A DNA stretch of 60,482 nucleotides, filler included, from Globobulimina sp. (taxonomy: Eukaryota), in NCBI GenBank assembly GCA_003354225.1. It is 16 parts of 16 records of this genome, joined end to end, with 100 filler letters (N's around TTAATTAATTAA, not from the genome) between each part and the next. Parts side by side here need not be neighbours in the genome. Positions count along the whole stretch, not along the records: positions 22,748 to 26,434 come from PIVH01002261.1; positions 26,535 to 30,221 come from PIVH01002262.1; positions 30,322 to 34,006 come from PIVH01002263.1; positions 34,107 to 37,789 come from PIVH01002264.1; 12 more parts are not named here. One strand, given 5' to 3'. The translations under genes and the position numbers were made by a program. Positions within the stretch are counted from its first letter, which is position 1; every line of letters starts with the position of its first letter. Positions 24,355 through 37,100 of the stretch are shown here, piece after piece. A model generated the notes under the pieces. That model was not told the DNA's origin and searched no databases. It saw nothing but the letters and a program-made list of their open reading frames with translations.

Positions 24355-25629
24355 TTAATATTTAACCATATAACATGGTAATATTTGGTCAACATCAAAA
24401 ATAACAATTTCCGATCCATATCTGCCATTTGCACGCATATGACTGTCATAACCGTTTTTCTGTTCACATCCAGTCTCTGTTTGTATCATTTTAAATGAAT
24501 TTCCCAACATAATTTTACATAAAAAAAGACCATTTCCATATGATTGTGATACATTTGCAAATTCACTAAAATAAATACCAGCGCCATACCAACCTTTGTC
24601 ACCACTATGCGAAGATAACTTGGATAAATCAAAATTATTCTCAATAATTGATGCCATATTTGATGTTTTTGTACCATGCCATGCCAATATAATATTAATA
24701 TTATCTTTGCCAAGTCTTGCTGTCATTTCTTTCTTTTTCTCTTCAAATTTATTAATTAATCGCGGATTTATAACATAAGTTATTTCATTTAATGTTTCTT
24801 TCATTTTATTACAATTTATCTCCAACATTCTTCCTCCAGATCGAATATACTGCGACTCACAAATACGAAAATGTGCATCTCCTTCGTCGCTTTCATCATA
24901 AAATCTTCTACGAATTAATCGACATTTAATAATTGCACCACTTTTCATCGCATTATCATACATTCCCTTTATGTCAAGTCTCGGAGTTGCATCCTCATCA
25001 CAGTCATTATTTGTATCTGTACATATATTTGACATTGGTATCGGTGTTGGAACCATTTGTGGCGGTAATGTTGGAATCATTGGTGGTTGTAATGTTGGAA
25101 AAGTTGGTGTTGACACGAATGCAGATGTTTGTGGTGTAAGATCCCATTTGGAATTATTATTATTATTGTACATGTTGTTAAGTGTTGGCGTAATTGCTTT
25201 TGAATAAGAAAATGACTGTGACTGTGACCGAGATCTTGATCTTGATCGAGATGTACTTCGTTGGTATGTGCTATTTGAGCGAGATGGTGATTGTGACGTT
25301 GAATATGATCTATATTTATATCTTTTTCTGCGTGATTGTCTTTTATGGTTATATTTATATTTGTGTCTTTTTTTGGATTTATATTTATTATCTTTGTATC
25401 CATATTCAATCAATAATTGTCTACCATGAAATTGATGACCGTCTAATTTACACATTGCATCTTTTGCATCTTTGGAGTGTTTATATTCTACAACACAACA
25501 ATTTGTGCTATGTCTTGTTTCTGTCAATGAAAACGATAATAATTTGCCATACTCACGGAATAGCAGTTCAACGTCTTTTGGATATATTTTTGTTGATATA
25601 TTACGAACATATAATCTATGTTGCGACAT
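24355..25629 (-). CDS. RRM + RS-rich + PARP catalytic domain fusion protein
   Basis: RLYVRNI (RNP2), CCVVEY...DAKDAM.KLDG...GRQLLIEY RRM; SRSRSRSRS; then LAWHGT, WYGAGIYFS, LCKIMLG, GYDSH, EIVIFD..QILPCY PARP signatures. Intronless; ATG at 25629 is the likely start. Confidence 0.9.
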   Translation of the reverse strand: MSQHRLYVRNISTKIYPKDVELLFREYGKLLSFSLTETRHSTNCCVVEYKHSKDAKDAMCKLDGHQFHGRQLLIEYGYKDNKYKSKKRHKYKYNHKRQSRRKRYKYRSYSTSQSPSRSNSTYQRSTSRSRSRSRSQSQSFSYSKAITPTLNNMYNNNNNSKWDLTPQTSAFVSTPTFPTLQPPMIPTLPPQMVPTPIPMSNICTDTNNDCDEDATPRLDIKGMYDNAMKSGAIIKCRLIRRRFYDESDEGDAHFRICESQYIRSGGRMLEINCNKMKETLNEITYVINPRLINKFEEKKKEMTARLGKDNINIILAWHGTKTSNMASIIENNFDLSKLSSHSGDKGWYGAGIYFSEFANVSQSYGNGLFLCKIMLGNSFKMIQTETGCEQKNGYDSHMRANGRYGSEIVIFDVDQILPCYMVKY

Positions 25630-25899
25630 AGCATAAAATTGCGGTGTGAGGAGAAAAATGGAGCAAGATGAAAATGACAAAAGCTGACAAGTTTTCTACA
25701 GTAAAAACTGCCCTTTGATTTTTGTTTGAAAGCAAATAGGTTAATCTTCCGTGTGTGCGAGGATAATGTAGTTCTAACAGCTATGGATCTGCAGTTATGG
25801 ATGCATTTATGTTAAGTAGTCAAATAATTAAATTGAATTAGATAAAAAATAAGATAAATTAATAATTACTTATTTACACAAATACGCACAAACAAAATG

Positions 25900-26434
25900 T
25901 TACCATGCAAATATTGTTTTTTTCTCATCAACCTTTTTTTTCATCGTTTTCTCAGCGAATGGTTTTCCAGACCGACTATAAAATCCACCTAAATATATAC
26001 ATTACACATCGTATAATTACACATACACTAAACTACCATAATAAATGCATACCACTTTCCAAAGTTTGATATTTATCAATTACATTATCCAACATTTCCC
26101 GAACAGCATCTGGAGGTGTTGCAGTTGCATGTTTTCCGCCCATATCCGTTTGAACCCATCCTGGTTCGACTAAGATTGTATGAACCCCATCCTTATTTTT
26201 TTCTGATTCTCTTGCAAATGATTGGAAGGCCATATTCATCGCAGCCTTACTTGCTCTGTATTCGACGTAGCTATTTGAGCCACAGTCCACTATGGAAGCG
26301 AAACCTGTGCTTAAACCGACAATTTGTTTCCTTTTCGATAATTTGACATTGGAATATAAAGCTTGACCGATCAACATTGGACCTACGACATTTATATTAT
26401 ACATATTTAACATTTCGTTCCTTTGTAACGTTCC
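25900..26434 (-). CDS. Short-chain dehydrogenase/reductase (C-factor/sniffer-like), 5' truncated, one intron
   Basis: INVVGP, YRASKAAMNM (YxxxK), PGWVQTDMGG, spliced SGGFY. Confidence 0.9.
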
Positions 26435-26534
26435 NNNNNNNNNNNNNNNNNNNNNNNNNNNNNNNNNNNNNNNNNNNNTTAATTAATTAANNNNNNNNNN
26501 NNNNNNNNNNNNNNNNNNNNNNNNNNNNNNNNNN

Positions 26535-29500
26535 CTTTGTATCATTTATTTCATCCGCTAACATATCGTCACTATTATTCAACGATTTACTCATATTTTC
26601 CGCACCACGACCTCTCCGCTCTCGACACCATTTGATTTTATCATACCACACATCCATAATCTCAAAGGGTGCATAAAATGGTCTGCGTACTCCGTATTTA
26701 GTAGGCCAGACACGGTCTAAATAAAACATTATCACCGTATAGATTATGAAATCGATAAACATGTAAATATATGCCGTAGATAAACGAAAATGTGTCAATT
26801 CATTCAATTCGTTAAAGTTACTCCACTGTGCACCAATTTGATATTCTTCATATTCTGCCACTTGTAACAATGCCAAGGCAAAGGCAGCGGGACCACTCCA
26901 ACAGACGGCATTCTTCGTATTTTCGTATGGCGCTTCCTCCACAAACCGATACACATAAAAAACAATTAAAAATGTTACACAGGCCACTAATGCGCCTAAC
27001 CGTGGCGCATCAAATAACATTCCAACCGTCATAGCTAAGCTAATCATACACAAACCAAATAATTCAATCCCGACAAACATCAAAAAGGGATCAGTGCGAA
27101 CGTATACATTTGCACATAAGCACCATACTAAAAAAGCAGCAGACACGGAAAATAATAAAAAATATGATATTATATAAGATAATAAATAGGCGGTGTTGCT
27201 GCCACCCAAAATACGAAAACCTTCTTTTAATCGCGCTGCCTTTTCATCCACAATGGTTTTGGCAATGATGACAAACGGATAACTAAAGGCAATCACCATC
27301 ATCATTGGCAATAATCTCTTGACTACGGTCCAAAAAAAATCTTCATCATAGGGCGGAAATGGAAAGATATGAACGCCTATTTTTAAATTAATCGCACGAT
27401 CATAATTTAATATACGCAAAAATGTCTGATCAATTGCATTCTGCCAACCTATTACATGCAAAAACAAATAATTTTCAAAACGTTTGCAGCAAAAAGGGAG
27501 CAGATATACCTAGAAAACCGCTGAATATATAATCATAAAATGAGTTAATCATTAATGATTCGGGTGTTCTGCCATATTTATCCACAAATGGTTCTCTTGT
27601 GTTATGTACATCAGATTGGTTGAAGCGCAATGTATAATCAATCGATTCATTGGAGATAGAATTAAACACAATTCCCGCAGAAATAGCCGGTTTCCCATCA
27701 CCGTAATCTCTATATTGTGTATATTGTTCCATCTCTGATTCACTGTCAAAAAACATAAAGATATCCATAAATGAGTTATTTGCCGATTGGTTTAAGCAGG
27801 TTGGCTGTTGCGGAGTGGTTAATAAATTAAACAATAAATTCATTTCCGGACTCACATTAATTTCATCACCTAACAACTCCAATAAATCAGCCGTAAATTG
27901 TGAATTCCACGCACCATTCGGGGCGATTATATCTTGAATGGAGCTTAAATTAGCAAATATATTGGCAGCATCTTGTAATGCCGTGGTGGGAACTGCAGTT
28001 TGTCCGACTATGGTCGGTGACGGAGTTCCTGGTTGCGGGATGCTAAAATTTGTGAGATTTCCAAATATTATATCAATGATATTATTTATATTGGTTACAT
28101 TGATGAATCCATTATTTGTGCTTTCCAGGACACGTACAACTTGTAAAAGTAATTCTAACTCTGAAAAATCTGAAATGATTTGGCCTATTTTAAAGTAAAA
28201 AGTTTTTTTTTAAGCTCAAATGTTGTACTTAGCACTTGCTTACTTACCTAGTGTTAAATTTGGATCAATATAATCAATCGTATATAGATCATCAATCCAC
28301 GTATCATTGATTGTGATATTTAATGTGTCTGCAATGACATCTTTGATTAATGAATCATTTAATAAGTCAACAACAGTCCCAACTGTAATATCACTAATAT
28401 TTACGGTTGCGCTTGCTTGTAATGTCAAAATATCAACAATTATGGTTAAAAATTGTTGCGTATTCACCACGACATCATATATATCTGTCTCATTCAAACA
28501 ATATGTATCATTCTCAATAAAATATCTTGTTTTTGTTGTAAAAAACGCAGTGGTCATTGGCGGCGACACTGTTGTTTGCGGCCTAACATTTGAGCCATTT
28601 ATTGCAAGCGTTGTCGTAATATTTGCAATTGTATAATTAAAACAATTTGAATGGAGTGTAATCTCCGATATATCCAATACAGTATCAAAAGTAACATTAA
28701 ATAAACTCTCACTCACTGCATTTAAAAATATAGCCGCACTGTCATTGCATGTGATATTCGTCCCATTTAACTCAAATACATCGTACATATCTTGCAGTGT
28801 GATGCTAAAATTTGAGGTGTTATCGCCAGCGCGGCCCATCGCACTCATAAACTCTAAGAATTGGCAGGTTGTAGTCTCATTTGTAAATTGTAATAATTGT
28901 GCGATGGTGTTTGGATCGGTGACATTGAACTCGATGGTTTGATTATAATCTGCAAAATCAAACTCATTGAGAAACGTGATAAAATCAGCAACATTTTGTG
29001 GTGTTTGCGCGATTGAAATGGAAATAGTTGCCATCAGACCTTCCATTTGTTGATCATTATAGATATCCAATCCAATGGCAGAGTTATTTAATAATTGGAT
29101 GAATGAGTCACAAGTATCACCGTTGAAATCGACACATAAATCCAACGTGTCATTGATTAGAATGAATAAATCGCGAAAGTTGTCGAGTGAAGATAGGAAA
29201 TATGCGGGAGAGTAATAATCAAATAATGATTGTGAAGAAACATAGTCATAATACTCAGACAAATAAGATAAAAACCAACGCGTATTGTTGTCATTTGGGG
29301 TGACTGCAATGTATTTATTTATTTTCCGGCCTAAACATATATTTTGGGAGTCTAATGTGCCCGGCAATGATACGGGCAAACCATCCACATCAAAGATACT
29401 GAAAATTGGAATGGATTGACCATAGGTGATGTCCGGTTCATTTATGATCTCTACTTCGTCGCGAACAAATATTAACATTGAGACTAATAAGACGGGTAAG

Positions 29501-29589
29501 AATATCTCACATAATGTCCCTAATGGACGGCGTTTTTTATTTATATACATTTTCCATAATAATAAGCCAATTTGCTCACAAAATTTCAT
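26535..29589 (-). CDS. ABCA-subfamily transporter, N-terminal half (3' truncated before NBD1); introns 28185-28247, 27449-27509
   Basis: QIGLLLWK...KKRRP..TLCEIFLP, AGIVF...YTLR, SGFL..QNAID, FPFPPY, IVDEKAARLKEG.RILG, YLDRVWP..YGVRRP. Confidence 0.92.
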
Positions 29590-29799
29590 TTTTCGTTGGT
29601 GTTGGTTGGTGTTGGTGTTGCTATGCTTGGACAAAAACAGTTTTTTGCTTGGGTTAATTAAATAGAGTTTTTTTTTGTGGCTGCAAATATCGTTATGCCG
29701 CAAATATCCTATAATATTCCTAATATTCCAAGATTTTCCAAGATACATAATATTCCTATCGGATAGACTCAATAATATTCCAGTAATTTAAGGAATTAA

Positions 29800-30221
29800 T
29801 TATAAATAAATAAACATTGTATTATCCGTGTTGCATTCAATGGTAACAATATAAATGAAGAAATAGTTAATCCGATACAAAATAAAATGTGCAAATTAAC
29901 ACAATTGAATTTTTTTGTGTGAAAAAAAGAGTAAAGTTGGTCATATCAGTCCCGTACATTGTTCCTGGTAAAAGCTCCCGTTGTTCCATATTATATTTAT
30001 AATATTCATGGTAATAAAATCTTACACCAAAACTATAGGTTTTGATATTTTGATTAATATTGCCATCATTTTCTTTTTTTTCTTCTTTTTTCTTCTTAAT
30101 TGCGGCTGTTACAAATTTATTATTTGTAGTTTTTGTAATATTGATATTTCTTAATTTATTAAATTTATTTCTATTTTTTCTTAATTGTTGATTTTTCCCC
30201 TCTTCGGGGCTTCTTTGGCCA
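29800..30221 (-). CDS. Fragment of an unknown protein (NKFVT...YSFGVRFYYHEYYK)
   Basis: Open frame from the contig edge with no ATG; the end is uncertain; may be a truncated or decayed copy. Confidence 0.3.
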
Positions 30222-30321
30222 NNNNNNNNNNNNNNNNNNNNNNNNNNNNNNNNNNNNNNNNNNNNTTAATTAATTAANNNNNNNNNNNNNNNNNNNNNNN
30301 NNNNNNNNNNNNNNNNNNNNN

Positions 30322-31953
30322 TGAAAGAATGAATTTTTTACCGGCCACAGTCTACGATATTACAGCTGTCCCCGCCTGGTCTTTACATTTCCTATTCGCA
30401 CTCACCTGGGAAGGCTTAATATATCTCAAAATCGCTAAAATTTATTATGTTTATTTCTGGCAACAATATAATTTAGCAATTGCTGATATGGCATGGCAGC
30501 AAAATATCAATTCAGATGTTGCTGTTTCGTGGTATATTAAACACAAAGATACCTTCGGTGACATGGCACATTTGATGAAAGTTATATTGTTTCCTTATGT
30601 GTTCATGGCAATGTTCAATGCGATCATTCCATCCATACTCGATACCACACCTAATTTTTATGGCGATGTGTGGGAGCTCGATATGATTCATTTGGTTGAG
30701 ATATTAATCCCTGTCTTAGCTGGCTTTGCTATATTATATAAAATACGATTAGTAAATGACATTTATCAGATTAGAAACGAAGTAATCATCGCCATGTCAA
30801 TGATGGGTTTATCCTTCATAGTGTACAGTGTGCTGTTCTCAGTGCGGTATCTGGACGCGGCAAAATCTGACAGTCCAACCTGGAACAGAGCGTCTTCTTT
30901 GGGCAGTATATTTATTATGGACTTGGTGGCCTTTCCATGTTCGATTTTAAGCACATTGTATCCGGTTTATTTAATTAGAAAAATGAAAATGGAGAAACAA
31001 AGCCATCAGCAACTCATCAAATATTCGCAAAATAATGTTGGTTCAGATTTGATGACAATGGACAAAATATTAAGTGAATACGCACCATTTGCTGCCTTTA
31101 TGTCGTACCTTGTATCTGAATGTATGTTATTCTGTTTTTTGACATAGTTAAAACATGCAAATGAACCATGTAATATGTCAGATATCTGACATTTAAGTTA
31201 TCTTATTTCTGAAAATATTTAGTTTGCCCCGAAACTCTGCTATTTTTGACAGAGTTGATTCAGTGTAAAATTGCGTACCAACAAAGAATGAATTATAGTG
31301 TACAAATATTGGTTGAAGGTGGAAATAAAGAAAAAAAGGTCATTGTGGTAGATTTCAATAAAGATCCAATGGATTTGGAGGTGGATCTTAGATGTGAGAA
31401 AGGCAGGAATTTTACGTATTTATTTCATTCCGGTGGCTCTATAATGACTAAATTAAGCCTTTCGACACAAATTCCGACACCGGTGATGATTAATAAATAT
31501 CCAGATTCTTTGTATTGGCAAATGGCGGCTTTATATAACAAATATGTCTCAGTTGGAAGTCAATTTCAATTAAATATCTCCGGTTCAGCTCGTATTAAAT
31601 TGTCAAAAATATTTGAGGATGAACATAGAGAAACAAATTTGATTAATGGTCGAAAAAGATTGATTCCAATACCATTGGATGAGGTGTATGCGGATGGGAT
31701 GCTGTATAATGTTATGGATGAGGTTGCCATTGAGATATTGCAGTTGTTACAGTATTCATTTTCACGGTTTGTCTCAACAGAAACATTTCATTCACTTAAT
31801 AATGATAAGCAGTTTGAGATGGACAATAATTTTGCATTATTTGTAGACAATGGCAGTAATATTGGTTTGGTCAAATGTCCCTCACAACCCACCGATGAAG
31901 CATTTACCAAACGGTTAAATTCTCCGGAAAGTGGCATATTAATAAAATTATAA
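30322..31953 (+). CDS. Multi-pass transmembrane protein with C-terminal RGS domain (7TM-RGS-like; 5' truncated); intron 31122-31222
   Basis: About five TM helices visible, then IL....F.AFMSYLVSEFCPETLLFL, LYNKYV...SQFQLNIS...R, EILQLLQYSFSRF. Confidence 0.85.
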
Positions 31954-32442
31954 ATAAAATTCAATTGTTTTACGATATTATACGTATACTAGTTGTGACT
32001 TGTGGTGTTTTTGTGTTTTCTTGCACCTTTTGTTTGTTTGTTTGTTATAATATTCTTATAATCACTCTACTCTTTTTATTTTATCACAGAACATCTAATA
32101 TTCAATCAAATAATAATCCATCCATCAAATCGAGATTGTTTGTATTAAAAGATGTTGAAATTAAAACGAGAAAAAAGTTTAGTACTAGTCACTAGAAATA
32201 AGAAAATGTCAACAATAATACAAATGATGGATTTATTGTACGATATCGCATACCATATATAAATGTCCAATTTAATTCGCCAAAACTTGAGAGACAGCTA
32301 TTTTGCATACAAGCTTATTTCATCTGCGCGCTTCATGACAGCGCACCGATTACTTGCCATTGCAGCGAAAAGTATATACTGTTCAAAAGAAAATGGTATA
32401 CTTTGCATTATTATTGATGTCATATATTCCAATAAATTCATT

Positions 32443-34006
32443 TTATATTTTGATGATCTCCCTTCCTTTGACACAAAATGAATCCACATTAAAATGGTCC
32501 ATATTCACAGAGTCTTTGATAAACTGCTTCAATGTTTGATATTTATCTTTATAAAATGACGGAGAATTTCCACAAACATCCAACGATGTTATGTTTGATG
32601 TAAAATTATCCCAAAACGCATATTCTTGGCCTTCAGCACCAGCTGATATTAATTGATGTTGTTCCAACAAACAATCCCTATCACAATGAATGGCGGTAAT
32701 CTTCACATCATTATTTTGTTCGCATTTAAACGAGATCCCAATATTTGTGGTCTGATTATCAACACAAATAATCCACACATACTCGACCCAATATTTATCC
32801 CCTTCAAACACCAAAATCGGTATCAAATCAACTGTATTCTTGACACACTCTCGACACTGCGCAATAAATTCTGTCCGCTGCAGCGACAAAGTCATGCTCC
32901 GTTTACCATTGCTTTTGCCAAATATGCCAATAACATCACTACTTTGCCACTTTGCATCTTTAATCATTTTATAGATTTTATTCCTATCTCTCATCACAGC
33001 CTTAATTTTAGCTGTTTCCGCTGATATTGTGCTCGTTGCAAATTTACTATTTCCTCTGAATGACAGTGGTAAACTCGCTGCCTTTATGCCATATTCACTC
33101 AAAAGTTGCGCCGCTGTCATTAATCCATCCAACTTCCATCCAAAATTATTGTTTGCTGGATTCGCTGTGTCTAACTTTTTAAGTATACAATACAGCATTT
33201 CATTGCTAACTTTGTCGTGAAAGTCATAATTTGCAATCTTAATCTCGCCATCATCCGTATTGAAAGAAGATTGCTTCAATGCACGAGTAAGCGCAGTGGC
33301 TGCATCTATAAAATGATTTAAATTCTTATATTGCTCTTTAATTGAATTGGGAATTGTTGTTTTGTTCATTTCTTCAGAAATCAATATCTTTCCTCGTCCT
33401 CTCAGCTCCGCACTCGGTTCATACTGCGGTGAATGGAGTGCAGTGCCAATCTTTTTATGACGTTTGCGTTTCTTAAACTTTTTCTTTTTCCTTTTCGAAT
33501 TTCTATCACTACGTTTTTCTATAACTTCTGTTGGTGATTCTTCTCCCTTTTTCTCTGTTTCTTGGGTAAATAAATGGTTATTAATATTTGGTTTGGTTTT
33601 CGTTTCTTTGATGGTCAGACAACAGTATTTGAAGCCTTGTTTGCTTAATGGAGGACTATTCGGTGGGACATAAACTGCCGCATTGGCATTTAACTGAATT
33701 GTGGTTGGGTTTGGTGCGGATTTCGATATTAATAATTCAACGGTTTCAACCTCATCCTCTTCGTCCTTTTTTTCTTTGCCTTTTTTCTTTTTTTTCTTTC
33801 GTTTTTTGTAGCCATGTTTTCCATTAATATATTTACGACGTTTCCCTCCGTCGCCTCCATCGCCCCCACCATTCTTTTTGTTATTTGCGGCATTATGGCC
33901 TCCGGCATTGTTAATATTATTATTGTTTCTTTGTGGTTGATTTGCTTGTTTCTTGCCGTTATTTTGCGGCTTATTGTTATACGACGACGACTGCTGTGAG
34001 TTATGT
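32443..34006 (-). CDS. Unknown protein with basic/low-complexity N-region, PAM2-like motif and globular C-terminal domain (5' truncated)
   Basis: The frame is open upstream of the ORF-track start at 33384 towards the contig edge; LNANAAVYVP at 33664-33693. Confidence 0.6.
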
Positions 34007-34106
34007 NNNNNNNNNNNNNNNNNNNNNNNNNNNNNNNNNNNNNNNNNNNNTTAATTAATTAANNNNNNNNNNNNNNNNNNNNNNNNNNNNNNNNNNNNNN
34101 NNNNNN

Positions 34107-37100
34107 TCAAAGAAATCGAGGAAGCAAAAACAAAAAGAAATCCTGATGTCGCAAATAATGATGATAATGATAAGAAGCCACGATTTTCTTTGCTATTAAA
34201 AGCTATTATCAATATACGTAACGATGAGGAAGATGATGACTTGGATTTTTTAAATGAAATCGTTGATCAAGAGATTGAAAACAAGCAAAAAAATGTACAG
34301 CAAAAGCAAAAGGAACAAAAAATAGATATAACTAGTATGGAAATAGAGAAATTAGAAAAAGTGGATGAAGATATCCATGTCGATACAGATACAGAAATAG
34401 AAATAGACATAGAAACAGATACAAATACAGACACACAAACATTAAGAACAATGATAATTGCCTTAATTAATGATGCTCGATTTGAATGGACAATAATTAT
34501 ATGTATTTTATTAAATTCATTGATATTAAGTTGTGAGAAATATCCAATGAGCAACCAACGAGAAACATTTCTATTAATATCAAATTACATATTTACAATA
34601 ATATTTACATTTGAAATGGTATTAAAGATAATTGGTTTATCAGCAGCTGGATATTTAAGTGATTCATGGAATATTTTCGATGGCTTAATTGTTGTCATAT
34701 CATTAGTCGACATTTGTTTGCCATCTTCGAACTCATCATTTACTGCGCTGAGAGCATTTCGTCTTTTACGCGTTTTTAAATTATTAAAGTTTTTACATGG
34801 CTTACGAGAATTATTAGAAACTGTTTTGTCCACATTAACAGATTTAAAATATTTTTCGTTTATTTTGGCTTTATTTATATTTATCTACGCTTTAGTGGGC
34901 ATACAGTTGTTTCAACAAAAATTTACATTCGACGGTATTACCTCACGAGCGAATTTTGATTCATTTTGGTGGTCTTCGCTTACTGTATTTCAAATATTAA
35001 CCGGCGAGAATTGGAATGAAATATTATATGACGGGGTAAAAGGAACAGGTTGGTGGTCATCAATATATTTTATATCTTGTTTTATTTTTGGAAATTATAT
35101 CATTTTGTCGTTGTTTATGGCGATATTATTGGGAAATTTTGAAATTATACCTGGTGATGAAGAAAATCAACGCGAATCGAAAAAAATTCGAAATAAAATT
35201 AAAGAGAAAATTATTAATGTTTTAATAAAAATATGTAAACCATTATCTTTTCTACAAAATAATAATAATAATGCTGTCAAAAACAATCAAATTGCAATTG
35301 TAGGTGTCGAGGAAAAACGAGTAATGACAAAAAATGCATTGTTTGTAGATGATGTTGGTGACGATATGATTATTAATTCGATGCATATGCCGACAAATGA
35401 AACAGCGCTATGTTGCATTGACAATGAGCATTTTTTGCGTAAAATTTGTATACAAATTGTAGGATCTGTATATTTTGAAAGATTTATTATGTTTTTGATA
35501 TTAATATCATCGATATTATTATGTTTGGATGAACCAAAATTGCATAAAAATTGCAAATTAAAACAATTTTTACATGTGGCCGATTGGGTAATTACTATCT
35601 TATTTGGCATAGAAATGATGATTAAAATTATAGCTTTGGGCTTAATACATCACAAAGATTCATATTTGCGCAATGGATGGAACAAAATGGATTGTTTTAT
35701 CGTACTTATATCGATAATGAATTTATTTTTAAGCGGCTTAGAATTCATTAAAGGTTTTCGAGCATTACGCGCATTGCGGCCGTTACGAATGATTTCGAGA
35801 TTCGAGAATATGAAATTAGTGGTAAACAGTATATTTTCTACCATTCCCGCTTTGGGAAATGTTGTATTAATTACATTATTATTTTTTTATATTTTCGGAA
35901 TTATCGGAGTTCAACAATTTAAAGGTTTATATTGGAATTGTGTTTCTACAGATGATCACTATCAAATTATCAATAAAAATGAAAATCAATGTATTGGAAT
36001 AAACGAAAGTTGGGAACATTTAACAATTGGCAATTTTGATAACATATTTAGTTCAATGTTATTATTATTTGAATTAGCAACGTTGGAACAATGGCCATCT
36101 ATTATGTATGCCGCAATTGATTCGAGAGGACCAGGATTGGCTCAACAACGAGATTTTATGCCATCGCGATCAATATTTTTTGTTATTTTCTTATTAGTAT
36201 GCTCATTTTTTGTATTATCATTGTTTGTCGGTGTCGTAGTCGACGAATATCATAAATATCACGATAAATTTACATGTGGATGCATTACGGAGAAACAACG
36301 TGAATGGCTGCAGTCAGTTCGCCATCTGATAAATGCTGATACGAGTTCAAAATTAGTGGCCCCGCAGTCCGGATATAAAATCAGAAGATTGCTGTTTCGC
36401 ATTGTAACAGATGATAAATTTGAATTAACTGTCACGATATTAATTGGTTTAAATATTATTGTAATGTCGTTATCGTATTATGGATCGCCTAGCACATATG
36501 CACAAATATTGGATGTGTTACATCATGTATTTTCATACATTTTTATTTCTGAAATGATTATAAAATGGATTGCTTTGGGATTGAAGCAATATTTTCGTGA
36601 TAAATGGAATCAATTTGATTCATTTATTGTGGTTTGTTCCATTGTTGAACTCGAAGCAAATTCATTAATTTCATTTGATCCAACAATAGCCAGAGTATTG
36701 CGGATTGGCAGGATTTTCAGAGTGGTTAAAAGGGCAAAATCATTAAAACATTTATTTTCTACACTCTTGAACAGTTTACCTGCATTATTTAATGTAGGCA
36801 TATTATTATTATTATTATTTTATGTTTATGCAGTTGCGGGAATGTCATTATTTGGCAATGTTTTACATGGACAGTATCTGAATAACAGAGCAAATTTTGA
36901 ATCTTTTTATATCGCAATGTTAACATTATATAGAATGAGTACTGGCGAGTCATGGAATGGATTATACCACGACTGTTCCATCACAAATACAAATAGTAAC
37001 TGCAGCCATGATGATGGAGACAATTGTGGCTCTCCAATGTTAGCTACAATATATTTTTTATCATTTTATATACTTTCTGCAATGGTTATGTTGAATGTTT

